IMG/VR virus record: IMGVR_UViG_3300032250_000184
Span: 1-64,000 of that record
DNA: 64,000 nt
Reading direction: 5' to 3' (one strand)
Origin: a virus
Lineage: Duplodnaviria > Caudoviricetes
Of this stretch, positions 38,365 to 45,816 are shown piece after piece. The position numbers and the translations under genes were made by a program. How positions within the stretch are numbered: the first letter of the stretch is position 1; every line of letters begins with the position of its first letter. The notes beneath the pieces are model-generated. The model searched no databases. It worked only from the letters and a program-made list of their open reading frames with translations, and was not told where the DNA came from.

Positions 38365-39339
38365 TCATTTATTTTTTTCTTTAAAAGCAAGTTCTGCTTT
38401 CTCATCATATTTACTTATATCTTCTATTTTGTTGGATTTTCTGTTAGGAAATCCTCGTTTCTGAGTCAACGGAGGAATCGTTTCGTCACTAGTGGCATCA
38501 ATGACGATCTCCTCAGTTTTCGATTCAATATCCTCCTCGATTGAAGTGATGTTTTCTTTGGGTATTTCAATCTTATCGTCCGGCCGTTCTTGAATGTCTT
38601 GAATTGCTTCAACACCGAGCTCAGTAGTTTCAGGTACCGAAACGGGAAGTGAAACCTCTGGTTGTTCATCTTTTTTCCTCATTGACATATTCGCTGCTAT
38701 TAATAATAACACAGCTAGAGGGTCAAATACAACCATAATTAACATGATTACCAACCGAACAGCCTTATCTAAACCGTTTTCATCATCAGTACCATAAATC
38801 ATATCACCAATATACTTAATAGGACCAACTTCTGCCTCAAGCTTATTATTCTCTTTTAATAATGGTAACTTTTGTTTATTAAGTTGTGATAATTCTTTTT
38901 GAGTATCTTGAATCTGTTTATCTAAACGATTACTGGCTGTCGATGGATCTTTTGCACGAGCCAACAAATAATCCAACCGTTCTTTTACAATCTTCTCTTG
39001 TTGTAAAATGGTTTTAATTTCAACTGAATTAACACCGGCATCCATTGTAGAATCGATGTGTGCCTTAGATAAGAAACCAAAAATACCCATACTAGTGATT
39101 ATCATTAGAACCACAACGGAGAATGTTAGGTAAGATTTTAACAGTATTGGACAAGTTTTCCAGTTACGATATAACCATGATGCAGTAACCAATTTACTCA
39201 TTTCCAAAACAGAACCCATGAAAACGATTGGCCAAAAAGCACCAGTAAAAATTGCAGCCAATCCAATAATAGAATAATAGGCTGCAATACCCGAAAGTAA
39301 TAAGGCTGAAAGTAGTGTTAAAAATATCATGGGTGTCAT
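38365..39339 (-). CDS. multi-pass membrane protein with coiled coil
   Basis: Three N-terminal TMs, coiled coil, VFDPLAV TM, acidic tail. Confidence 0.65.
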   Translation of the reverse strand: MTPMIFLTLLSALLLSGIAAYYSIIGLAAIFTGAFWPIVFMGSVLEMSKLVTASWLYRNWKTCPILLKSYLTFSVVVLMIITSMGIFGFLSKAHIDSTMDAGVNSVEIKTILQQEKIVKERLDYLLARAKDPSTASNRLDKQIQDTQKELSQLNKQKLPLLKENNKLEAEVGPIKYIGDMIYGTDDENGLDKAVRLVIMLIMVVFDPLAVLLLIAANMSMRKKDEQPEVSLPVSVPETTELGVEAIQDIQERPDDKIEIPKENITSIEEDIESKTEEIVIDATSDETIPPLTQKRGFPNRKSNKIEDISKYDEKAELAFKEKNK

Positions 39340-41873
39340 GAAAAGAAATCCTCTATTGAACTAGTTTTTTCTGTTGACCACTTCATACAATCTAAAATAA
39401 CTTTGATAGGTTCAAGAAATGCTTTGTCGAATTGCATATCATAATCGATGTATTCTTGCATTTCAAATTCTTTAGGTAAACGAGAAGGATAAGATATGAC
39501 TGTATCTTTAAATGGATTTGGCATTTTTAAATAAGTAAACTTAACTTTTTCACCTTCTTGTATTAGTGGATACTTTTTGGTGAGATTCAATCGTTTTAGA
39601 TTCGTATTATAGATAATCGCACCCTTAACATGAATTGGTGTGCCTTTCTTGTAAAGATGTACCGCATCAGAATAGGTATTTAGCCCATTTAGTCCACGAG
39701 GAAAAGATATTTCTTCTACAGGCAGAGTTTTAAATTCTGCTCTGAAATCTGCAATGAACTTATGAATATCTTCTTGTGTTCCGTTTACCATTAATTGAAT
39801 TGCCTGTTTCATCTTCTCACGAATGGCAGAAGGTGTGGACGATTTAATCATCTCAAGACCCATCACCTTCATCTGCGGCTCGTTATACTGCACACCCTCA
39901 TTATTGTATACATTTAGAATGTAACGCTTCTTGGCCGTCCAAATACCTTTATTGGAAAGGCCTTCTCGTTTCATCTGCATTTTTTGGTCATAAGCATGAA
40001 CATACGTAGCAAGCTCTTGATAACTTTTGTCAATAAAAGGTTGTAACTTATCTTCACAGACCTTGTCCATGAAGGCGATAACTTGTTTAATGTCAGTCTG
40101 GTTTGGATACACCTTCTTAACAAGTTCACCAAGGTGGAGATAAATCGAATCTGTGTCAGAGGCGATAACATAATCTTCTTCCGTTTTCAATAAGTTGTTC
40201 ATGTATTGGTTAATCTTATTTTCGATCCAACGAATACTTAATTGTCCAGCAGTTGTAACACCCAAAGCCATTCTTAGGTCATAAAATCTAAAATATTGAG
40301 AACCAAGAGCACCGTAAGCAGAGTTAAGAGAAACTTTTTTGGCGAGCTGAATATTGTTGTACTTAGCGATTCGTTTTTCGATTTCGTATTTTTTCGATTC
40401 ATCTGTTTCATTTTCATACTCCTGTTTTGCAGCCAACATCATCTTTTTAAACTTACTTCTATCTTGATACATTTCTTCCATCATCTTAGGTAAGAAACCT
40501 TGAATGTCTGTACGAAAGAATTGTCCGTTTGGAGTGAGTGTAACATTCTCTAAACCAGATGTATCAACCGATTTAGTTAGGAGTTTTTCGACCGAAACAC
40601 CTTGTGATAAAACATTCCTCATCTCTTGAGTATAATCTTCAGGCTCGATCAAAGTTTCTGGAGAAATATTATATTGCATCATCAGGTGTGGATAGAGTGA
40701 GTTCAAATCGAAACTAGCAACCCAATCATGTAGTCCTGTCTTTGGTGTTTTAACATATGCACCCTCAAACATTCCATCTTTTTCTTTTACTTCTCTTGGT
40801 GGAACAATAATGTTTTTCTCACGCAAGTAGGAATAAGTCATTGCATCCCACATGCGAGTCTGTGCAAAAATATCTTCATAGTTGGATTTTGTATCGTAGG
40901 CCAGAGTTACACCTAGTTCCAACAGTTTCAACTTTTCTTCAAGACGAACAATCAATTCAACGTCTTTAATGTTATACTCAATAAACTTTTGATAGTTTAA
41001 ACGATATAGTGCATGTAGATTATCATATTCATCATAGGCAATCTTACCTTCACCCAGCTCGACTTGTGCAATGTTATCTAAACGATAAGATTCTTGTGAC
41101 TTACCACCTGGCGCATACCATTTGTATAGTTCAATATAATCAAGTGATGCAACACCAACAATGTCGTAAGCGATTAACTCACGGCCATTGATTCGGGTCT
41201 TTCTTTCGGTAAGATATTTCCAAGGAGACAAGGTTTTGGTTTCATCTTCACCTAGAATTTTACGGAAACGATTGATGATGTATGGTATGTCAAAGAACTT
41301 GGTATTCCAACCAGTAAGAATATCAGGACACACTTTTGTCCAGAGTGCCATGAATTGTTTGCATAAAGAATATTCATCTTTACACTTCACATAAACTTCT
41401 TCACCTTGTGTAACATACTCACCACAACCAAACACATAAGTTTTACCGTTAAGGTATTTTACCGCAATTGCTGTGATGGGTTCGTTTGCTTCATAAGGAT
41501 CAGGAAATCCATTCTCGGAACCAACCTCGATATCGATTACAGCAATTAAGACTTTATCTTGGTCATAGTCAACCATGCCTTGGTGTTGGTCGGCAATGTA
41601 AGCATATTCAAATCGTGTTTGGCCATAGACTTTAGAAGCACCAGACACACCTTCAAACTGCTTGATGTAATCTCTTGCCTCTTTAGTTGTACCAAATACT
41701 TTTTGATCTAGATAATCACCAGTGAGTGTGGTGAAATTAGTAACTCGTTTGGATGGTAGAAAAAGAGAAGGAGAATACTCAATTCTTTGCTTTACTCTCT
41801 TACCATCTATAATACCACGGTAGAGAATGTTACTACCAAAACATTGAACATTAGTATAGAATGATGAACTCAA
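39336..41873 (-). CDS. gp43: family B DNA polymerase
   Basis: DIEV, TGWN..FFDIPY, YNIKD, SFDLNSLYP, K..LNSAYG, SDTDS, KKRY. Confidence 0.97.
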   Translation of the reverse strand: MSSSFYTNVQCFGSNILYRGIIDGKRVKQRIEYSPSLFLPSKRVTNFTTLTGDYLDQKVFGTTKEARDYIKQFEGVSGASKVYGQTRFEYAYIADQHQGMVDYDQDKVLIAVIDIEVGSENGFPDPYEANEPITAIAVKYLNGKTYVFGCGEYVTQGEEVYVKCKDEYSLCKQFMALWTKVCPDILTGWNTKFFDIPYIINRFRKILGEDETKTLSPWKYLTERKTRINGRELIAYDIVGVASLDYIELYKWYAPGGKSQESYRLDNIAQVELGEGKIAYDEYDNLHALYRLNYQKFIEYNIKDVELIVRLEEKLKLLELGVTLAYDTKSNYEDIFAQTRMWDAMTYSYLREKNIIVPPREVKEKDGMFEGAYVKTPKTGLHDWVASFDLNSLYPHLMMQYNISPETLIEPEDYTQEMRNVLSQGVSVEKLLTKSVDTSGLENVTLTPNGQFFRTDIQGFLPKMMEEMYQDRSKFKKMMLAAKQEYENETDESKKYEIEKRIAKYNNIQLAKKVSLNSAYGALGSQYFRFYDLRMALGVTTAGQLSIRWIENKINQYMNNLLKTEEDYVIASDTDSIYLHLGELVKKVYPNQTDIKQVIAFMDKVCEDKLQPFIDKSYQELATYVHAYDQKMQMKREGLSNKGIWTAKKRYILNVYNNEGVQYNEPQMKVMGLEMIKSSTPSAIREKMKQAIQLMVNGTQEDIHKFIADFRAEFKTLPVEEISFPRGLNGLNTYSDAVHLYKKGTPIHVKGAIIYNTNLKRLNLTKKYPLIQEGEKVKFTYLKMPNPFKDTVISYPSRLPKEFEMQEYIDYDMQFDKAFLEPIKVILDCMKWSTEKTSSIEDFFS

Positions 41874-41874
41874 T

Positions 41875-42186
41875 TTAGCCTGTAATTAAAGATTTGGTTG
41901 GCGGAAGAACGATACCAGAACCAAAAATTTGATTGTAGTTTGTAATAAAATCTTCCGCAGGAACATAGGAGTATACTACATTCTTCTTAGCTAAGGCAAC
42001 CAGTGCATTTGATTTTTGTTCGGCATGAATGGGAAACGGTGCGAATCCAACAGAGGGTTGGCCATCTTTACCACGAACCACGGCAATACCAACAGGATTA
42101 ACTATTACAAATTCGGTTTCAGATTCAGATTCAACTTCTCCAAGAACATCTTCACCGGTTATTAATTTAAGTGCTAAAACTTTCAT
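41875..42186 (-). CDS. conserved Sm-like-fold T4-type protein
   Basis: LKLITGEDVLG; resembles 60038..60415. Confidence 0.55.
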   Translation of the reverse strand: MKVLALKLITGEDVLGEVESESETEFVIVNPVGIAVVRGKDGQPSVGFAPFPIHAEQKSNALVALAKKNVVYSYVPAEDFITNYNQIFGSGIVLPPTKSLITG

Positions 42187-42207
42187 TATACTATCTCCAT
42201 TTTTGAT

Positions 42208-42281
42208 TGGTTGCGGATCCTGGAGTCGAACCAAGAACTGAGGATTATGAGTCCTCTGTGATACCTTTTCACCAACCCGCT
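42208..42281 (-). tRNA. tRNA-Met(CAT), initiator-like acceptor stem
   Basis: A1:A72 mismatch, GCGGG/CCGC-A-CCA, loop CT-CAT-AA, TTCGACT. Confidence 0.85.
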
Positions 42282-42288
42282 ATATTTT

Positions 42289-42528
42289 TTAACCGTAAAT
42301 AAAAATTACTTCGTTGATAGGAACAACATATTGTTCATCTTCAACTTTTACCGCTTTGTTCCAATTTAAGAGCAACTCATCACCAATTGAAACCTCATCG
42401 ACTTTAGGACCAAGAGCAACAACTACAGCTCGATCAGGTTCTTCTGTCCACTTTAAAATGATTCCAGACTCGGTTTGTTTTTCTGCTGCAATTCGTGTTA
42501 CAATAATGTTATCTCTTAACGGTTTCAT
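42289..42528 (-). CDS. GroES-like co-chaperonin (gp31-like)
   Basis: KPLRDNIIV, ESGIIL, VVALGP, VSIGD. Confidence 0.85.
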   Translation of the reverse strand: MKPLRDNIIVTRIAAEKQTESGIILKWTEEPDRAVVVALGPKVDEVSIGDELLLNWNKAVKVEDEQYVVPINEVIFIYG

Positions 42529-42540
42529 AATTACCTTTCA

Positions 42541-42915
42541 TGTGAATTTGATGTTGCATTGTTGAGAATACTGTTTCGTGTTTAAAAGATTCTGGCCTGT
42601 GCTGGTTAACCCAGTCATTGCACGGATCTTTCCTCAATCGCATCGTTTACTCGGCATCAGCGTTCCGATATTTCCCAGATTTTGGGCTGACTTAACAAGG
42701 ATAGTTCACTTCCCTAACAGTTGGGATTGCTTACTCTTTCGCTCACATTCTCAACAATGCTCTCTGTCCCTAAACAGAGAACTTTGTGTCTTGTTACTTT
42801 TGGACGACAATCCTCAGGCCTGAATGAGGATACTCGGACACGGCCATTCGTCTTTGTATTTTTAGCCTGTTTGTGCATAACAGAATAGGGATTATCTGTC
42901 ATAGGCATGGCACCT
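42541..42915 (-). ncRNA. candidate large structured ncRNA directly 3' of tRNA-Gly
   Basis: 14-bp perfect inverted repeat 42556-69/42747-60 plus several hairpins; GC-richer than its flanks. Confidence 0.55.
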
Positions 42916-42920
42916 CTGTT

Positions 42921-42994
42921 TGGAGCGGGATGTCAGAATCGAACTGACAACGAAAGGTTGGAAACCTTTAGTTTTACCATTAAACTAATCCCGC
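42921..42994 (-). tRNA. tRNA-Gly(TCC)
   Basis: GCGGGA acceptor, U73-CCA, loop TT-TCC-AA. Confidence 0.92.
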
Positions 42995-42995
42995 A

Positions 42996-43130
42996 TTAAT
43001 CTTTATCTTTTCTTGCTTTTTTCTTTGCTTCTAATCTATCTAATAAATCTAATAATTCTTGTTTTGTTAATGTTCTACCCCAGCTAGATGTTGTTGTGTT
43101 TGCTTCAGGAACATCTTTAACTTTTTTCAC
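42996..43130 (-). CDS. small hypothetical protein (44 aa, GTG start)
   Basis: Manual translation VKKVKDVPEANTTTSSWGRTL... Confidence 0.4.
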   Translation of the reverse strand: MKKVKDVPEANTTTSSWGRTLTKQELLDLLDRLEAKKKARKDKD

Positions 43131-43133
43131 GAC

Positions 43134-43349
43134 TTATTCTGTAGCTACTGGCTCTGCACTTTTGCCAAAAGTTTGTGTTTGTAAACGATTTGCAATAGCT
43201 CTTTTAATTTTAGAAATGTGTTTCTTACGAGCACTATCTAACAATTTTGTTAATTGAGCAATGTTCAAAGGACCTAAACGTGGCTTGCCAGTTTTGGTCA
43301 ACATAGGATTTGCTTTACGAGTTTTTTGATTTGAACCTTTTCCTGCCAT
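43134..43349 (-). CDS. small basic hypothetical protein
   Basis: AAGGA SD; K/R rich. Confidence 0.6.
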   Translation of the reverse strand: MAGKGSNQKTRKANPMLTKTGKPRLGPLNIAQLTKLLDSARKKHISKIKRAIANRLQTQTFGKSAEPVATE

Positions 43350-43375
43350 AATATTTTATCCTTTAAACTAAAATT

Positions 43376-43442
43376 TGGAGCGGTGGTCTGCTATGCTCAG
43401 ATAATTCAAGAGGGTATCTCAAATCGTACTATTACACACCGC
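43376..43442 (-). ncRNA. non-canonical tRNA-Gly-like RNA (67 nt)
   Basis: GCGGTG/CACCGC-U-CCA acceptor, mini D-arm, loop AUACCCU, T-loop AGCAUAG. Confidence 0.7.
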
Positions 43443-43510
43443 ATATCCTGCTTACCGGTTACAGGGTCACTTAATGACGGAAGTTTTGCTGTTTCACAAC
43501 AGTAAATCTA

Positions 43511-43539
43511 ATTATATACTTATCTATGATGTTTGTCAA
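43511..43539 (-). promoter_or_regulatory. sigma70 promoter TTGACA-17-TATAAT
   Basis: Perfect consensus ~70 nt upstream of the tRNA-Gly-like RNA. Confidence 0.8.
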
Positions 43540-43557
43540 TAGATAATGTGGTACACT

Positions 43558-43632
43558 TGGTGGGCCAAGATAGAATTGAACTATCACTCCATCGATTATG
43601 AGTCGATTGCTTTACCATTAAGCTACTGGCCC
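43558..43632 (-). tRNA. tRNA(CAT), probably Ile2 (lysidine type)
   Basis: GGGCC acceptor, A73, anticodon arm ATCGA-CTCATAA-TCGAT like bacterial tRNA-Ile2. Confidence 0.8.
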
Positions 43633-43633
43633 C

Positions 43634-43708
43634 TGGTCCGGCTAGCAGGAATCGAACCCACATTAAGGGAGTAGAAATCCCCTGTATTATCCATTATACT
43701 ATAGCCAG
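43634..43708 (-). tRNA. tRNA-Arg(TCT)
   Basis: Loop TT-TCT-AC, TTCGATT, CCA end. Confidence 0.9.
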
Positions 43709-43713
43709 AATTA

Positions 43714-43953
43714 TTATAGTGAAGCCACACCAAGGTGAAATGAACTTATTAGTAAATCCTTGGAAATACCACAGAGGTTCCGGCTTACCAATCCCGACCT
43801 GTTAAGGTTTAGGTGTGCTTCACTATAATAATTCTTTTTAGATTTCTCTAATCGTCTTATAGCTTTGTTACTTTTTTTATGACTCCCAGCTTTACGAAAC
43901 AATGCCAATTTGACAAGATAGTTTCGTGGTTGAGGAGTATTTTTCTTCTTCAT
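43714..43953 (-). CDS. small basic hypothetical protein
   Basis: AGGAG SD; RKAGSHKKSNKA. Confidence 0.55.
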   Translation of the reverse strand: MKKKNTPQPRNYLVKLALFRKAGSHKKSNKAIRRLEKSKKNYYSEAHLNLNRSGLVSRNLCGISKDLLISSFHLGVASL

Positions 43954-43971
43954 AATACTCTCCTTAAAAAA

Positions 43972-44046
43972 TGGTGGTAATGAGTAGATTCGAACTACTG
44001 ACCTACTCCGTATGAAGGAGTTGCACTACCGCTGTGCTACATTACC
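43972..44046 (-). tRNA. tRNA-Met(CAT), elongator type
   Basis: Fully paired acceptor, loop TT-CAT-AC, CCA. Confidence 0.88.
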
Positions 44047-44047
44047 A

Positions 44048-44138
44048 TGGAGCTCGTTGTGTAAACGGGACGGCAAACTCCGTTGTTGTTCGGCCGAGAG
44101 GATCACCCAGCCCAATCATTACACTTGATACAACAATC
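44048..44138 (-). ncRNA. 91-nt CCA-ending tRNA-like RNA between tRNA-Tyr and tRNA-Met
   Basis: Ends pair (GATTGTTGT/ACAACGAGC) followed by U-CCA; internal GC-rich hairpins. Confidence 0.6.
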
Positions 44139-44223
44139 TGGTGGGGAATACTGGGATCGAACCAGTCGTGCCGCAAGGCGGCGGATTTACAGTCCGCTGA
44201 ATCACCATTGATTCTTCTTCCCC
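44139..44223 (-). tRNA. tRNA-Tyr(GTA)
   Basis: Loop CT-GTA-AA, long variable arm, CCA. Confidence 0.92.
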
Positions 44224-44229
44224 AAAACT

Positions 44230-44306
44230 TGGCTCCCTAGCGTGGGTACGATCCACGGACCTTCTGATTAACAGTCAGACGCTACTACCAACTGAGCTAC
44301 TAGGGA
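44230..44306 (-). tRNA. tRNA-Asn(GTT)
   Basis: Loop CT-GTT-AA, G73-CCA; variant T-loop ATCGTAC. Confidence 0.9.
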
Positions 44307-44944
44307 ATATTCTTAATTACTCTACCTTTTTTCCAACCTTCAGGTATGATATCGTTCTTTTTAATTCTAATACTTTCAATTCCATTTGTGATCCACATTG
44401 TACCATATTGTGAATTGCCTAAACCTTTTTGGTGAATACTGTTTTTTTCACCTATTTTTTTCTTGGATTCTTCTTTGTGTTTTTTACCTATCCAAGAGTA
44501 AGTATCTTTCCACGTTCTTAACAAACCTTTTTTGTGTAGTTCTTTGGATTGTTTTCTATTTCTTTCAATATATTCTTCACGAAATTTTGAATCTTCATTT
44601 AATCTTTTTATTAAAGCATCACTACCTAATTTACCAATTCGTTTTCGTTGTTCGTCTGTTATATTTTTGTTTATAAAATCAAAACCACCATCACCACCTT
44701 TTTTCAAGTTGTATGTGTGTGGCCCAATTTCAACCAATTCTTTTTCTTTCTCAAACATTTCTTCGGCTGAAGAAGCTTCAAAAATAATTTCTTTAATAAA
44801 ACTATCTACACCATATTTTGATATAGCTCGTTTTAAATATTTACCGGAACCAAAATAACCATCATTTTTGTCTCTGGTTTTATGACAACCGATATAAATC
44901 TTATTGTTAATAGTATTTGTTATCTTATATACAAGGTAAAACAT
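44300..44944 (-). mobile_element. Seg-like GIY-YIG homing endonuclease inside the tRNA cluster
   Basis: LVYKITN..KIYIGCH..YFGSG..KEII; KHKEESKKKIG (NUMOD3-like); WITNG..PEGWKKGR. Confidence 0.85.
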
Positions 44945-44988
44945 ATTTTCTCCCAATTATATAATATATATAAAAGTTCGATATTGTA

Positions 44989-45059
44989 TGCTCTGTGAGA
45001 GAATCGAACTCCCATATCAGGATTACAAATCCAGCGTAATACCATTATACTAACAGAGC
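44989..45059 (-). tRNA. tRNA-Thr(TGT), no encoded CCA
   Basis: Loop TT-TGT-AA; 3' end A-TAC. Confidence 0.85.
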
Positions 45060-45063
45060 CTAG

Positions 45064-45138
45064 TGGTACACGATACCAGAATCGAACTGGTCTTACCGCC
45101 GTGAAAGGGCGGTGTCCTAACCGATAGACGAATCGTGC
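45064..45138 (-). tRNA. tRNA-Glu(TTC)
   Basis: CCGCC-CTTTCAC-GGCGG, CCA. Confidence 0.92.
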
Positions 45139-45151
45139 ATCTAAGTAAAAC

Positions 45152-45180
45152 ATTATACATCAATCCACACAATAAGTCAA
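45152..45180 (-). promoter_or_regulatory. internal sigma70 promoter TTGACT-17-TATAAT
   Basis: Upstream of tRNA-Glu; TGTTG-N8-CAACA at 45186-45203. Confidence 0.7.
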
Positions 45181-45204
45181 GCGGCTGTTGTATGGAAACA
45201 ACAC

Positions 45205-45279
45205 TGGTCGGAGTAGAAAGAATCGAACTTTCGAAATCTCGCTCCCAAAGCGAGTGACATACCACTTGCCGATACTCCG
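45205..45279 (-). tRNA. tRNA-Pro(TGG)
   Basis: CTCGC-TTTGGGA-GCGAG, C1-G72, CCA. Confidence 0.92.
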
Positions 45280-45297
45280 TTTAACTTTACAATAACC

Positions 45298-45371
45298 GGG
45301 CATCCCGTGAGAGAATCGAACTCCCGCCAAGGCGTTTGGAGTGCCTTGTGCTACCATTACACCAACGAGAA
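45298..45371 (-). tRNA. tRNA-Trp(CCA), 3' end G-CCC
   Basis: Loop CT-CCA-AA, G73; CCA not encoded. Confidence 0.82.
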
Positions 45372-45373
45372 CT

Positions 45374-45460
45374 TGGCGGAAAGTATTGGGATCGAACCAA
45401 TGCACCCATTTCTGAATGACGGTTTAGCAAACCGTTGCCTTGCCACTCGGCCAACTTTCC
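45374..45460 (-). tRNA. tRNA-Ser(GCT)
   Basis: Loop TT-GCT-AA, long variable arm, G73-CCA. Confidence 0.92.
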
Positions 45461-45466
45461 GTAATC

Positions 45467-45554
45467 TGGAGGAAGATGTGAGATTCGAACTCACGGACCT
45501 ATTACAGCCTCTAGTTTTCAAGACTAGTGCAATCGACCACTCTGCCAATCTTCC
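45467..45554 (-). tRNA. tRNA-Ser(TGA)
   Basis: Loop CT-TGA-AA, long variable arm, CCA. Confidence 0.92.
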
Positions 45555-45556
45555 TT

Positions 45557-45633
45557 TGGTGGAGGTGACAGAGAATCGAACCTGCGACCTACTGCTTGCA
45601 AAGCAGCCGCTCTACCAACTGAGCTACACCCCC
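45557..45633 (-). tRNA. tRNA-Ala(TGC)
   Basis: G3:U70, loop TT-TGC-AA, CCA; one extra nt in the T-stem. Confidence 0.9.
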
Positions 45634-45668
45634 AAAAACAAAAAACCCAAGATGTTTAGTCTTGGGTT
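45634..45668 (-). terminator. attenuator terminator before the first tRNA
   Basis: AACCCAAGA-CTAAACA-TCTTGGGTT followed by TTTTGTTTTT. Confidence 0.8.
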
Positions 45669-45693
45669 CGTATAAACTTTGTTACTTAAAAAT

Positions 45694-45768
45694 TTACAAA
45701 CGAACCCCTACCTGCCACCCTGCGGCTGGTGATGTATAATTGGATGGGCTTGTAAATATATTTTTCAT
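45694..45768 (-). CDS. putative leaderless leader peptide MKNIFTSPSNYTSPAAGWQVGVRL
   Basis: ATG is the 7th nt after the -10 box; last codons contain GGGTTCGT, complementary to the terminator 5' arm. Confidence 0.7.
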   Translation of the reverse strand: MKNIFTSPSNYTSPAAGWQVGVRL

Positions 45769-45774
45769 TGTTCT

Positions 45775-45803
45775 ATTATATAGGATCTTTTTTGTCTTGT
45801 CAA
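45775..45803 (-). promoter_or_regulatory. tRNA-operon promoter TTGACA-17-TATAAT
   Basis: Perfect consensus with AT-rich upstream region. Confidence 0.85.
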
Positions 45804-45816
45804 GCAATTTTATTAA

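Noticed and set aside
42624-42635. GAGGAAAGATCC resembling the RNase P GAGGAAAGUCC motif; tmRNA also considered
   Set aside because: It has an extra base, lies near the 3' end, and no matching P4 partner or tRNA-like tmRNA ends are visible; needs cmscan
44034-45675. ORFs over the tRNA array (44034..44240, 44920..45153, 45050..45265, 45160..45405, 45307..45675, 45357..45548)
   Set aside because: They are read-throughs of tRNA genes (e.g. TPPFHGG is the tRNA-Glu anticodon arm)
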